64,000 nt of DNA from Spirochaetota bacterium (GTDB lineage: Bacteria; Spirochaetota; UBA12135; COTS27; CBDBHE01): the NCBI GenBank assembly GCA_965205605.1, contig CBDBHE010000007.1:224001-288000 (forward strand), read 5' to 3'. Made by a program: the position numbers and the translations under genes. The first letter of the stretch is position 1. Every line of letters starts with the position of its first letter. Below, piece after piece: positions 51,663-61,385 of this stretch. Below the pieces are notes generated by a model that was not told the origin of the DNA, did not search any database, and worked only from the letters and a program-made list of their open reading frames with translations.

Positions 51663-54600
51663 ATGAAAATAGCAAAAAACATACAGGCACTAAATGTAGT
51701 TTGTATTAAAAAAAAATGTCACATGACTCTGCGGTTTTTAATCATTGAGTTGTTTTTTTTAACAGCTTTTTTAACAGCACAACAACCCATTAGCCCCAAA
51801 GTCAGTCCCATGGAAAGCTTTGAAGATGGAGTGCCTCCCGATATAGAAGTGCTCCACGGAAAAATATCGATTACTAAAGACAAATTTAAACATTCTAATC
51901 ATTCTCTTAAGTGGGATTGGAAAGGAAACGATAAATTGATACTGAAAAGAGAAATCTATTATACCCCAAGACAAGTCATGAAAACAGTCCGTGTCAATGA
52001 TAAAAGATACAAACTGCTTGAGAAACCTCGTGGATTTTTTATGTGGATTTATAACTCTCACGCTAGCCCTCAACGTTTAAGATTTCAATTTGGTAAAGAC
52101 AGTAAGGTAGATTGTGAATTTGACTACAACATCAACTTTACTGGTTGGAGGACGGTTTATATCATTTATGATTTTGGTGATATGAGAGGAAGGGCACAAG
52201 AAAACATGAATCGTTTAACGATACTAGCTCCAAATATCGGAAAAGGGACTTTCTATATCGATATGCTAGGGACCTCTCTACCTATGAACGAACGTAATAA
52301 TGCTGCTAATGCTCAACTACCTAAAATTGATCACCATCCTAGGTTGGTCACTCAATATGCACAGCGACTCTTAGAATGGAGTTATTATCGACCCACTTTT
52401 CCTCTTAAAGCGGTTTCTCGTCAAGATAAAAAAGACTTTCGTTCCATGGAGGAAAAAGCAGATCGAATGTTATTAGGGATTAAAATCAAAAAAATAAGTG
52501 AAAAAAAATATTCACAAATCATCAATCGATTTAACTCTTTTAAGATTAAAAGAGCCAATGAAGAAACTGAAAACATTAAAAGGATTGATGGGATTTCTGT
52601 TGTCAAAGGTGGTTTAGCCGGGGAATATTTTAAAGGAGGTGTTTGGGATCATTCTAAGGGTTTTACTAATAAGATCAATTACGATAAAGCGTCTTTAACA
52701 AAAAATATCATTGGGCTTCGGCAATATGGTGATTTTTTAAACCAAATTGCTGTTAGTTATCGAATGATAGAAAATGCCCAACAAAAGAAGACACTGGCTT
52801 CAATCTACATTGATATGTGGAAGCATATGATAGAACAAGGATTTGATGTAGGCACTCGACTAGGATGGGCTCATCACTATCCTTACGTCATTCGTGGTAT
52901 CTACAGATCTACCTTTCTCATGCGCGATGTTCTTTGGCAAGATAATTTCATGGAAACCATCATCCCTATTATGAAATGGAATTATGGTTTTGGTCGCGTC
53001 TACAATGAAGAAGTCGTCTATGGGGTAAAAGGGAGAAAATCTGTTGATGCTGACACAGCGATGATCACACCCTCTAGACTTTTAACTGCGTTATTACAAA
53101 AAGATACTCCTGAAAAAAAAAGAGATTTAAAACACTTTACATCATATATAAGTCATATCAATCTAGCCTATGCCAATGGTCTAGATGAAACTTTTAAAGC
53201 AGACGGATCTTTCTTTCACCATGCTCATATGGCAATGGGATATGGTGGTAGGGCTATCGAAGGTTCTGCTAAAGTCATTGATATACTGGCAAACACACAG
53301 TATAAGATCACAAAACCTGCTTTAGATAGATTTAAAAAAGCCTTGAAAACATGGACGATGATGTGGTCCTATGGCTTAAATGGAAGGACCTCTAAGACAG
53401 AAGACGATACTCGTTTTGATACCAAAACATTACCCAGAAACCAAGTCTATCAATTGGCAACAATCGCCTTAGCCGATAAGAAATCGATTGATAAAGAATT
53501 GGCTGGTATCTTTCTTAATCAAATCAGTCGATATGATAAGCCAACCGACATGGAAAAGTATTATGTTGATTTATTAAAACGCAAAGGATATACAAATCTG
53601 ATGGCTTACCATAAAGCAAGGGTGCTCCCTTACGGGGCTAGGTTTGTGAAAAAAAATGGGAACCAGTGGTCTCTTCATATTCGCACTCACAGTAAATATA
53701 CTTACCCCTTTGAAAGCTGGACCCCAGATCGTTTTTCTTTTCCTTTATATATAGCTAATGGTTATATGGAAGTTGCTTATAAACATGATAGTGACAGCAT
53801 AAATAGAAATCTAGTTTCTGTTCAATCCCGTAGAACTGCTCCATGGGGAGAAGGTTACCACTGGAGAAACTGGCCAGGAACGACTACCGTAAAGTTGCCA
53901 TACCATAAAATGGTTACTACTCCTATTGAGGTTCGTTCAGAAGGAGGAGAGTATTTATTTTCTGATAAAGCCTTTGTTGGAGGGGTCGAAACTCCATGGA
54001 ATGATGGCCTTTATACATTTGATTTTAGAGGGCATCATAAATATGGCCTCGAATCTTTTACGGGTAAAAAAAGTTGGTTTATCTTTAATGACCTAGTCAT
54101 CTGTTTAGGGTCTGATATCACATCAAAAACAAGTGAGGCAGTGGAAACAACTCTAGCACAAACTAGATTGCTCTCAAGTAAAGAAAAAATATACATCAAC
54201 AGTGATACTCCTAGTACTGATTTTCCCATTTATATCAAAGATCTTGAAAACAACAGTTTCTTCATCGATCCTAGAGGAACAGGCTATTACATTCCTTCGG
54301 GCAAAGGTATTTCTCTTAGAAAATCCATTCAAAACACCCCTAATTTTGTTAACAAAACAAACGCCGAAGGGACTTTCTTAACGGTCATCAAACATCACGG
54401 TATCACCCCTAAAAAAGCCTCTTATCACTATGCCATGCAAATAGACACCGACTCTCATAAAATGAATCAATTTGCAACTGCCATGCTTTCACCTAAACCA
54501 ATTTATAGTGTTTTACAAAATGATGAGAAAGCACATATTGTTAAATACCACCCATCTAATATCACTAGTTACGTTATCTTTAATAAAAATGGCATCTCTT

Positions 54601-54962
54601 CTAGCAATCAAAATATCATTACAAGCGTCAATCGAGCCTGTACCCTGATGGTCAAGAAAAAAGATAAAGCATTGACTCTATGCTTATCAGACCCCGACCT
54701 AAACATCTATGATGGCCAAGAAGATCTAATGCCTAATGGAAATAGAAAAGAGTTATCTCTATACGAAAGAGAGTGGTTTTTTTGGCCCAGCCGAAAAAGA
54801 AATCTAAAAATTAAATTAAAAGGACTTTGGAAAATAAATAAAAAAGAAAATCCATCGATTCAAATCCAATCTTCAAATAAAGAAACGATCCTTTTTACGA
54901 TGACAAAAAATGGAAAAACAATCGTCATTAATTTAAAAAAAAAAAATAATAAGCTGAGGTGA
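51663..54962 (+). CDS. Chondroitin sulfate ABC lyase (polysaccharide lyase family 8)
   Basis: N-terminal SL.W.W / FTGWR domain, HHY.Y..R, K.DGS.FHH....GY, G..W..WPGTT, KKSWF.F...VICLGS and DPDL. About 1100 aa with a signal peptide; alternative start at 51723. Confidence 0.9.
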   Translation: MKIAKNIQALNVVCIKKKCHMTLRFLIIELFFLTAFLTAQQPISPKVSPMESFEDGVPPDIEVLHGKISITKDKFKHSNHSLKWDWKGNDKLILKREIYYTPRQVMKTVRVNDKRYKLLEKPRGFFMWIYNSHASPQRLRFQFGKDSKVDCEFDYNINFTGWRTVYIIYDFGDMRGRAQENMNRLTILAPNIGKGTFYIDMLGTSLPMNERNNAANAQLPKIDHHPRLVTQYAQRLLEWSYYRPTFPLKAVSRQDKKDFRSMEEKADRMLLGIKIKKISEKKYSQIINRFNSFKIKRANEETENIKRIDGISVVKGGLAGEYFKGGVWDHSKGFTNKINYDKASLTKNIIGLRQYGDFLNQIAVSYRMIENAQQKKTLASIYIDMWKHMIEQGFDVGTRLGWAHHYPYVIRGIYRSTFLMRDVLWQDNFMETIIPIMKWNYGFGRVYNEEVVYGVKGRKSVDADTAMITPSRLLTALLQKDTPEKKRDLKHFTSYISHINLAYANGLDETFKADGSFFHHAHMAMGYGGRAIEGSAKVIDILANTQYKITKPALDRFKKALKTWTMMWSYGLNGRTSKTEDDTRFDTKTLPRNQVYQLATIALADKKSIDKELAGIFLNQISRYDKPTDMEKYYVDLLKRKGYTNLMAYHKARVLPYGARFVKKNGNQWSLHIRTHSKYTYPFESWTPDRFSFPLYIANGYMEVAYKHDSDSINRNLVSVQSRRTAPWGEGYHWRNWPGTTTVKLPYHKMVTTPIEVRSEGGEYLFSDKAFVGGVETPWNDGLYTFDFRGHHKYGLESFTGKKSWFIFNDLVICLGSDITSKTSEAVETTLAQTRLLSSKEKIYINSDTPSTDFPIYIKDLENNSFFIDPRGTGYYIPSGKGISLRKSIQNTPNFVNKTNAEGTFLTVIKHHGITPKKASYHYAMQIDTDSHKMNQFATAMLSPKPIYSVLQNDEKAHIVKYHPSNITSYVIFNKNGISSSNQNIITSVNRACTLMVKKKDKALTLCLSDPDLNIYDGQEDLMPNGNRKELSLYEREWFFWPSRKRNLKIKLKGLWKINKKENPSIQIQSSNKETILFTMTKNGKTIVINLKKKNNKLR

Positions 54963-55481
54963 AAAAAGTGCTTACATTCCTTTGAGGATTGAGTCCAAAC
55001 CCTAAATAAAGACAACAAAGCAACATAGTATCGCCATCTTAATGATTGACTCAATCATTAGCATTGATGACCTTTGGATGGATGATACCACTCCTTTTCC
55101 CTTGTCGAATGTCACATAAGCCTTAATGTCTGTCAAAACATTTACTTCCTATATTCATCGCAAAGGCGTAGGTGATTAAAAAAAATACATTTCTTGGGGA
55201 GCTAATAATCGTATCTTCGGAATTGATAAGCGTAAAATATTCCCCACACACAATAAATCTCTTGGCAATTTATTAGGGGTAATGATAAGAGCATTTTCTT
55301 GATTAATTTTGACAGTACTCTCTTCAGGGTAAGGGGAGTTAAAAAAATTAAGGACTCCTTCTAAATCACCCACCTATTTTAAATATTTTTTAAAAAAAAT
55401 TATCTTATAAAAGAAATTAAACTTCTAAAATTTTTAAAAAAATTATAGTATTAAGATAAAAATAAAAAAAAGGTTTAAAAA

Positions 55482-57476
55482 ATGATGCAAAAAAAAAAAA
55501 TTACTTTATTAGTAGCGATTATTTTATTAATATCGGTTGTTTTTATCATCTCAAAAAATAACTTTAAAAAACAAGGGCCTGTTGCCCTAACTGAAAAAAG
55601 CCCAAAAAGAGAAAAACGAATTCAATGGTGGCGAGAGGCCCGATTTGGTATGATGGTTCACTGGGGGCTGTACGCCATCCCAGGGGGGATCTGGAAAGGA
55701 AAATCTTATGATAAAAAATATGCCGAATGGATTATGAATACCGCCAAAGTCCCCAAAGCAGAATATGAAACCTTAGCCAAAAAGTTTAACCCAACTAACT
55801 TTAACGCCAATGAATGGATGGGCCTTGCTAAAGAAGCAGGGATGCGATACCTTGTTTTTACAAGTAAACACCATGATGGGTTTGCTCTTTATGATTCAAA
55901 AGTCAGTGATTATGATGTGATTGACCGGACTCCTTTTAAACGTGATATTTATGGGGAGCTGGCAAAAGCTTGTGAAAAACATGGGATTGCTTTAGGAGCT
56001 TATTACTCTCATGTGGCTGACTGGCATTTTAATGACAGTGATGATTGGTATTTTATTGACAACCCTGATGAAAAACAACCTCTCGTCAATGACAGGCTCT
56101 ATGCCAAACGCTATGCACATGAAGGCCTTTCTAAAAAACAAAAAAAAGAAGATTGGTATCAAGTGTATGGAGATTATATGGAACGAAAAGCCTTCCCTCA
56201 AATCAAAGAAATCTTGACCCAATACCCAAGCACTAAAATCATATGGTTTGATTTGGGATTTAAACTTCTTAGAAAAAACATCGATCACCGTGAGTATGGA
56301 AGGGAAACTCTTTTATTAAGCAGGAAACTAAATCCAAACGTTATTATTAACGGACGTGTGAGTCTTCCAGAGTTAAAGTATGGAGATTATACGGGACTAG
56401 GTGACAATGAAGTCGTTGATTTTCTCCGCTTACCTACCTCTGATTTTGAAGTCATTATGACTATTCCTCTAAAAACTTGGGGATACAGAAAAAACCCCAA
56501 AAGCTTTAGAAGCCCTCAGCTTATTATCAAACGCTTAAGTGCCACCGTTTCTAAAGGAGGTAACTTTATGCTTAATATCGGTCCAAAACCCGATGGCAGC
56601 TTTGATGACGTTTCTAAATCAACTCTAAAAACCATCGGAAAATGGATGCACGTTAATGGTGAAGCAATTCACAAAACTAAAAAGTCACTCCTTCCTATAC
56701 AAGCTTGGGGTTACACCACTCAAAAAGAAAAAACCCTTTACTTACATATCCACTCCTGGCCTAAAAACGAAGCCCTCTTTATTGCAGGCCTTTCTTCCCC
56801 TATCAAAAAAGCAACTATTCTCGGTCACGGTGATCTTCCAATCCAAACTCAAAATCCAACTAAGCACGACACCCTTCTCTCTATTCCCAAGCAAAGCCCT
56901 TTTGAAGACTTCTCCCTACCGATTATCAAACTTTCTTTTAATAAAGAGCCAAAAATTAATCCTTCCATTGTCATCCATCCAAATAAAACCACTCATATTG
57001 GTATCGACAACAATACCCTCTTAAGTGATGAATCCATGTTTAGCTTTAAAAGAGGTCAAATCTTAAAAACAAAATGGACCAAAGCCAATCAAAGCATTAC
57101 CTGGAAAATCCGTCCTTTACAATCAGCTTCCTATGAAGTCGTGCTAAACTACTGGGCAAATGGGGGAACTGAAGGGGGACTAAGTGCACAAGGAAATAAG
57201 TATCAATTAACCCTTGGTAAACATTCCTTTACTCAAAGCGTTCAAGTCAAAAAAAATCCTAAGGCTAAAGACTTCACTAAAAAAGAGATTGAATTTTTTA
57301 AAAGCGAGTTTAAATTAGATGAAAAAACGTATCAAAATATTCAACAATCTCTGGGTCAAGTCGACTTGGCTCAAGCGACCACTAACCTTACTCTTACCCT
57401 AAAACCTCTCTCCATCAAAAAAGGCACTGCTTTAATGAAGTTTGTCTCTATTTCCTTCATCCCCAAAAAAAATTGA
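55482..57476 (+). CDS. Alpha-L-fucosidase (GH29) with a C-terminal accessory domain
   Basis: WW.EARFGM..HWGLYA, AEWIM, AGM.Y...TSKHHDGF, IWFD, N.R and SKGGN..LNIGP.PDG; N-terminal anchor. Confidence 0.93.
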   Translation: MMQKKKITLLVAIILLISVVFIISKNNFKKQGPVALTEKSPKREKRIQWWREARFGMMVHWGLYAIPGGIWKGKSYDKKYAEWIMNTAKVPKAEYETLAKKFNPTNFNANEWMGLAKEAGMRYLVFTSKHHDGFALYDSKVSDYDVIDRTPFKRDIYGELAKACEKHGIALGAYYSHVADWHFNDSDDWYFIDNPDEKQPLVNDRLYAKRYAHEGLSKKQKKEDWYQVYGDYMERKAFPQIKEILTQYPSTKIIWFDLGFKLLRKNIDHREYGRETLLLSRKLNPNVIINGRVSLPELKYGDYTGLGDNEVVDFLRLPTSDFEVIMTIPLKTWGYRKNPKSFRSPQLIIKRLSATVSKGGNFMLNIGPKPDGSFDDVSKSTLKTIGKWMHVNGEAIHKTKKSLLPIQAWGYTTQKEKTLYLHIHSWPKNEALFIAGLSSPIKKATILGHGDLPIQTQNPTKHDTLLSIPKQSPFEDFSLPIIKLSFNKEPKINPSIVIHPNKTTHIGIDNNTLLSDESMFSFKRGQILKTKWTKANQSITWKIRPLQSASYEVVLNYWANGGTEGGLSAQGNKYQLTLGKHSFTQSVQVKKNPKAKDFTKKEIEFFKSEFKLDEKTYQNIQQSLGQVDLAQATTNLTLTLKPLSIKKGTALMKFVSISFIPKKN

Positions 57477-57484
57477 TTTCTCAC

Positions 57485-57516
57485 TTCTAATTTCTAATTT
57501 CTAATTTCTAATTTCT
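57485..57516. repeat. (TTCTAAT)4.5 microsatellite at the right edge of the glycan cluster
   Basis: Read directly; lies between the convergent fucosidase and lpxA genes. Confidence 0.85.
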
Positions 57517-57538
57517 TAAGAGTTTGTTTCCCAGGCTC

Positions 57539-58330
57539 TTAAGGAGTGAGTCTTTCAAACTCTTTTCTACGGACAACCCCTCGCTTGCTTTGCTGACAAA
57601 ACATCACAATTTCTTTCGCTAAAGGATTTTTTTCTTGTTTAAGAAAGTGCAAAGCTTCTTTTAAATCTGCCACGGCTCTTAAGGTTTGATACGCTTTTTT
57701 AATCGTGTTTCGCTCTTGTAAAGAAAAGTGGTTTCTTCTAAGACCAATGGTATTAATGCCTTTTAAAAAAGGACCGCTAATGAGAGAAAACGGCAACACA
57801 TCTTGGACTACTTTTGACAAAGCCCCTACCATCGCATACCGACCCACACGCACATGCTGGTGAAGAGCAGATAGCGCAGAAAGCACCGCTCCTTCCCCTA
57901 TGGTAGAAAAACCACCTGCCAAAAACCCATTGGTTAAAATGACTCTATTTTCAACCTTCACATCGTGACCCAAATGACTGCAAGCCATTAAATAATTATC
58001 ATTTCCTAAAATCGTATTTTTCCCCTCAACAGTTGCTCGGTGAATCGTCACACCCTCTCTAATCACATTCCGGTCCCCTAAAACAACCCCTGAAGGTGTT
58101 TTTGAATCAAACTTAAGGTCTTGACCTTCTCCCCCTATAATGCTTTTTTCTCCAATAACATTATTTTCTCCTATTTGAGTGCCTTTTTTCAAGTGACTAT
58201 GAGCTTGTAAATGAGTCCCTTTTTTAACCTGGACCCCTTCTTCAACAATCACATACGGCTCAACTTTTACGCCTTGTAAATCCGCCTTGGCATCAATGAC
58301 CGCTGTGGGATGAATCTTATTTTCCATCAA
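57539..58330 (-). CDS. lpxA: UDP-N-acetylglucosamine O-acyltransferase
   Basis: IHPTAVID, QDLKF, IRE.VTIHRAT, H.GHD, HQ..R.G, DV.P and G.N..GLRR. Confidence 0.93.
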   Translation of the reverse strand: MMENKIHPTAVIDAKADLQGVKVEPYVIVEEGVQVKKGTHLQAHSHLKKGTQIGENNVIGEKSIIGGEGQDLKFDSKTPSGVVLGDRNVIREGVTIHRATVEGKNTILGNDNYLMACSHLGHDVKVENRVILTNGFLAGGFSTIGEGAVLSALSALHQHVRVGRYAMVGALSKVVQDVLPFSLISGPFLKGINTIGLRRNHFSLQERNTIKKAYQTLRAVADLKEALHFLKQEKNPLAKEIVMFCQQSKRGVVRRKEFERLTP

Positions 58331-59486
58331 TACCCCCCTCCTCGTCTAAAAAATCAAGTTTGTTTTTAAGTTGCTGGACCCAAACTCGACTCCTAGCTTG
58401 ATACGCACTGCCTTTATAACTTTCAATAAGAAGGCTAAAAGATTTGTAAGCTTGTAAGAGTTGCCCTAATTTTTCTTGTGAAAGTGCTTTCTGATATAAA
58501 GCTCGATCATTAAACTTGCTCGATCCAATAAGAGAGACTTTACGATAAGCCTTAATGGCTTTTTTGTATTGTCTTTGGCGAAAATAACACTCCCCTATTT
58601 TGAACATCGCCTCTGCATGTAAACGATCTCCTTTAAAATAAATCGTGATTTTAGTGTAATACTCTTTAGCACTTGAATATCGTTTCTTGTAATAGTTTTG
58701 ATTGGCCCAAAAATAAACTTGTTTTAAAAAAGTTTCTTTCACTTTCTTTGAATGAATACTCATAGGTAAATACCGAATAAAATCTTCATACACTCTAAAC
58801 GCTTGCGGGTATTCACCTAGTTTAATGTGCACACGAGCCTTACCAAGATAAGAAAGCTCCCCTGAAGACTTTAAAAAAAACACCATCGCTTGCTTAAATT
58901 GATTTAAAAAAAGATACTGATACCCTAAAAGAACACTTACTCTAGAAGCCAATCCATCTCCCTTAACCACATGTAAGATCTCTTCTAAACGCCTTGCTAT
59001 AAAAGGATCATATTGATCATACCACCGACAAATCTCTGCATAATCAAGAATCGCTTTGTAATAATAATCCCGATGTTTCACCGCTTTACTATCATAATAA
59101 CCCATCAAATCAGTAAAATGTTGCTTTGCCATCTCATGGCTTCTATAGTAGCGTTCCTTGGAAAAATCCCCTAGACGAAAGCTCGTATACTCACCCCTTT
59201 TCATTAAAGACGACCCTAAATAATACAAAATCTCTATCTTTTTTTCTTGCTTTTTTTTGTTATCTTTTTGAAAAGATAAATATTCATTAAACCCAGCAAT
59301 CGCCTTATCATAATGACCCACTTGATAATTCATCTTAGCCTTAACAAAAGTCCTCTCGTCAATTTTTTTAACAGAAACAACATGACTGGGCATCTGAGTA
59401 TAAAATAACAGCCCAATATTCACCAATAAAAAACTGAGGGCTAAAAACGCTAAAACTCCAATAAAAATAAGTGCTTTTTTCATCAA
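58317..59486 (-). CDS. Membrane-anchored TPR protein (BamD/CpoB-like repeats)
   Basis: N-terminal TM and multiple TPR units (AMFKIGECYF...Y..AI..Y; ALYQKA). Confidence 0.8.
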   Translation of the reverse strand: MMKKALIFIGVLAFLALSFLLVNIGLLFYTQMPSHVVSVKKIDERTFVKAKMNYQVGHYDKAIAGFNEYLSFQKDNKKKQEKKIEILYYLGSSLMKRGEYTSFRLGDFSKERYYRSHEMAKQHFTDLMGYYDSKAVKHRDYYYKAILDYAEICRWYDQYDPFIARRLEEILHVVKGDGLASRVSVLLGYQYLFLNQFKQAMVFFLKSSGELSYLGKARVHIKLGEYPQAFRVYEDFIRYLPMSIHSKKVKETFLKQVYFWANQNYYKKRYSSAKEYYTKITIYFKGDRLHAEAMFKIGECYFRQRQYKKAIKAYRKVSLIGSSKFNDRALYQKALSQEKLGQLLQAYKSFSLLIESYKGSAYQARSRVWVQQLKNKLDFLDEEGGIDGK

Positions 59487-59496
59487 CTTTAGCCTC

Positions 59497-61311
59497 TCAA
59501 ATCACAAGCCTTAACCAAAAAAGCCCTAGCTCCCGATCAACTTTTTTAAGCAATTTAAAATAAAATAACGCTTTTTTTTTATCCCCAAGCTCAAGCTTAG
59601 TCCTACCCAAATATAAATAAGCATATTTTTTCTCATTCATTCTCTTTGCTTTGCCTTCTTTTAAAAAAGTTTCCAATGCATTCTCCGCTAAATAATATTT
59701 TCCTTTATAAAAGTATCGACTAATAATCTTTTTTAAATCACTTAACAAGTGTTTCTTCTCTTTTTTTTCCTCTACTTTCTTTTTAGGGATTTCTTTCTCT
59801 ACAACAATGTTAAACTCACCAATCTCCACTAGCTTTGGACTGACATTTTCTGCTAGGATTAAAGGCACTGGAAACCACTTGGTTTGCTCGATTGGCTTTG
59901 ATGGGTTTGGGTTTAAAAGTTGTAGTAAAACAACGTACTGATAAAAAGCGTTTTCTTTTAATTTTTGATCATAAAAAGTATAAGTATCCCTTGTTTGATA
60001 TCTCTTCAAATTGGTTTGAATGATGGGTTTTTGCTTGACTAAATCCTCTATGATAAACGTTTTGGGCTCTAGTTTTCCTTCAAAGCGATAAATAAGCACC
60101 TCTAAAGGAGGCGTCTTTCCTTTGTCAAGTGACCACTGTAGCTCAACGACTTTTTTATCTTCTAAAAAAATAGCCTTTAATCCTCGTGCCATTGGGTATT
60201 TAATCAATGCCTTTTGAGTGTGATTTCTGCCCAAAGAAAAAGTATCTAAATAAGTCTTCGACCCCTTAAGCTTTACACCAATCGCATAATAATTCGGTTT
60301 TAAGACATCAATGTTGGTGTGCAAAAATGCCTTCTGCTTTGAATCAATGCTAGTGAGTCGTTTGGCTTTTTTTAAAAACTGAGTAGAAACAATCGGCTCA
60401 GTAGACCCATACAAGCTAGCTTCAAAAGTATCGTTTAGATTTTCTTCTTCCCAAGAAACGATGATATTAAAATACCCTTTATCAAACTCCCCTTTAAGAC
60501 CATCAAAGGCAACTTGTCGTTTTTTAATAAGCGCTTTACTATCAATAGGTGCTTTACCATAAATGGGTGCTTTACTATAAGAATTCTCTCCAAAAGAGCT
60601 TTCAAAAAGTTTGCCATTCTTCTCTGCAACAATAGCATAATACGTCGGCTCATTATCTTCCAGCTGATCAACATACGCCATCTCACCTCTTTTCACCCTT
60701 GCCACTTGCTTCGCTGCTCCCTTCACTAAATCTAGTGTCTCTAAAAGGCGATTTGCCTTGTAAATAAGGTAACTAACCCCTTCCTTGTCTTTAATGTCAA
60801 TCCAATGAAGATCAATTTTTAAGTCGTCTTCTTTAGTAGGCCTCGCTCTTACTAAGCGTATCGTTTCTCCTCGATATTCGTTTTTGTTAATCACCCCAAA
60901 ATCGTCTGTTATGTTGTGTCCATCAATGAAAATTCTTTTCTCTGCTTTATCAATAACAGCAAATACCCCATAATAATACTTTCCTTTTTTAGCAAGAAAA
61001 TCTTCATATCTCATCACTCCAGCAGAAACAGTGTCTAAGTATTCCGCTTTGCTTAAAGCAGCCTTACTATCAATTTTCGATCGGTGACGATAGATATAAT
61101 ACGACACTTCCCGACCCCCTCTCTCTTTAATATCTAACCACCTCAGGGTCGTTTTCCCCTCTTCTTTTAACTCAGTGAAGAGCAATAAGACGGCTTCAAG
61201 TAAATCATTTTGATTTACTTTTGGAGAACTTTTGATGGATCGTTCCTGAGCCCAAAGCCCACCCACATGGATTAACCAAAGACATAATCCTAAAAAAAAA
61301 ACTCTTTTCAT
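59497..61311 (-). CDS. Exported protein with about four FN3-like repeats and a C-terminal TPR
   Basis: Signal peptide, repeats L.W......Y.IYR...Y.D...YY.V, and C-terminal AYLYLGR...LG....A..YF. Confidence 0.7.
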   Translation of the reverse strand: MKRVFFLGLCLWLIHVGGLWAQERSIKSSPKVNQNDLLEAVLLLFTELKEEGKTTLRWLDIKERGGREVSYYIYRHRSKIDSKAALSKAEYLDTVSAGVMRYEDFLAKKGKYYYGVFAVIDKAEKRIFIDGHNITDDFGVINKNEYRGETIRLVRARPTKEDDLKIDLHWIDIKDKEGVSYLIYKANRLLETLDLVKGAAKQVARVKRGEMAYVDQLEDNEPTYYAIVAEKNGKLFESSFGENSYSKAPIYGKAPIDSKALIKKRQVAFDGLKGEFDKGYFNIIVSWEEENLNDTFEASLYGSTEPIVSTQFLKKAKRLTSIDSKQKAFLHTNIDVLKPNYYAIGVKLKGSKTYLDTFSLGRNHTQKALIKYPMARGLKAIFLEDKKVVELQWSLDKGKTPPLEVLIYRFEGKLEPKTFIIEDLVKQKPIIQTNLKRYQTRDTYTFYDQKLKENAFYQYVVLLQLLNPNPSKPIEQTKWFPVPLILAENVSPKLVEIGEFNIVVEKEIPKKKVEEKKEKKHLLSDLKKIISRYFYKGKYYLAENALETFLKEGKAKRMNEKKYAYLYLGRTKLELGDKKKALFYFKLLKKVDRELGLFWLRLVI

Positions 61312-61385
61312 TATCTCTATATTCGGTTTATATCGGTCAAACTTATAGAAAAATAGTCAAAAAGAAGCTTTTTATACGGGTAATT

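Noticed and set aside
57485-57516. Short repeats here and elsewhere as possible CRISPR arrays
   Set aside because: The units are 7-16 bp and directly tandem, with no spacers and no cas genes.
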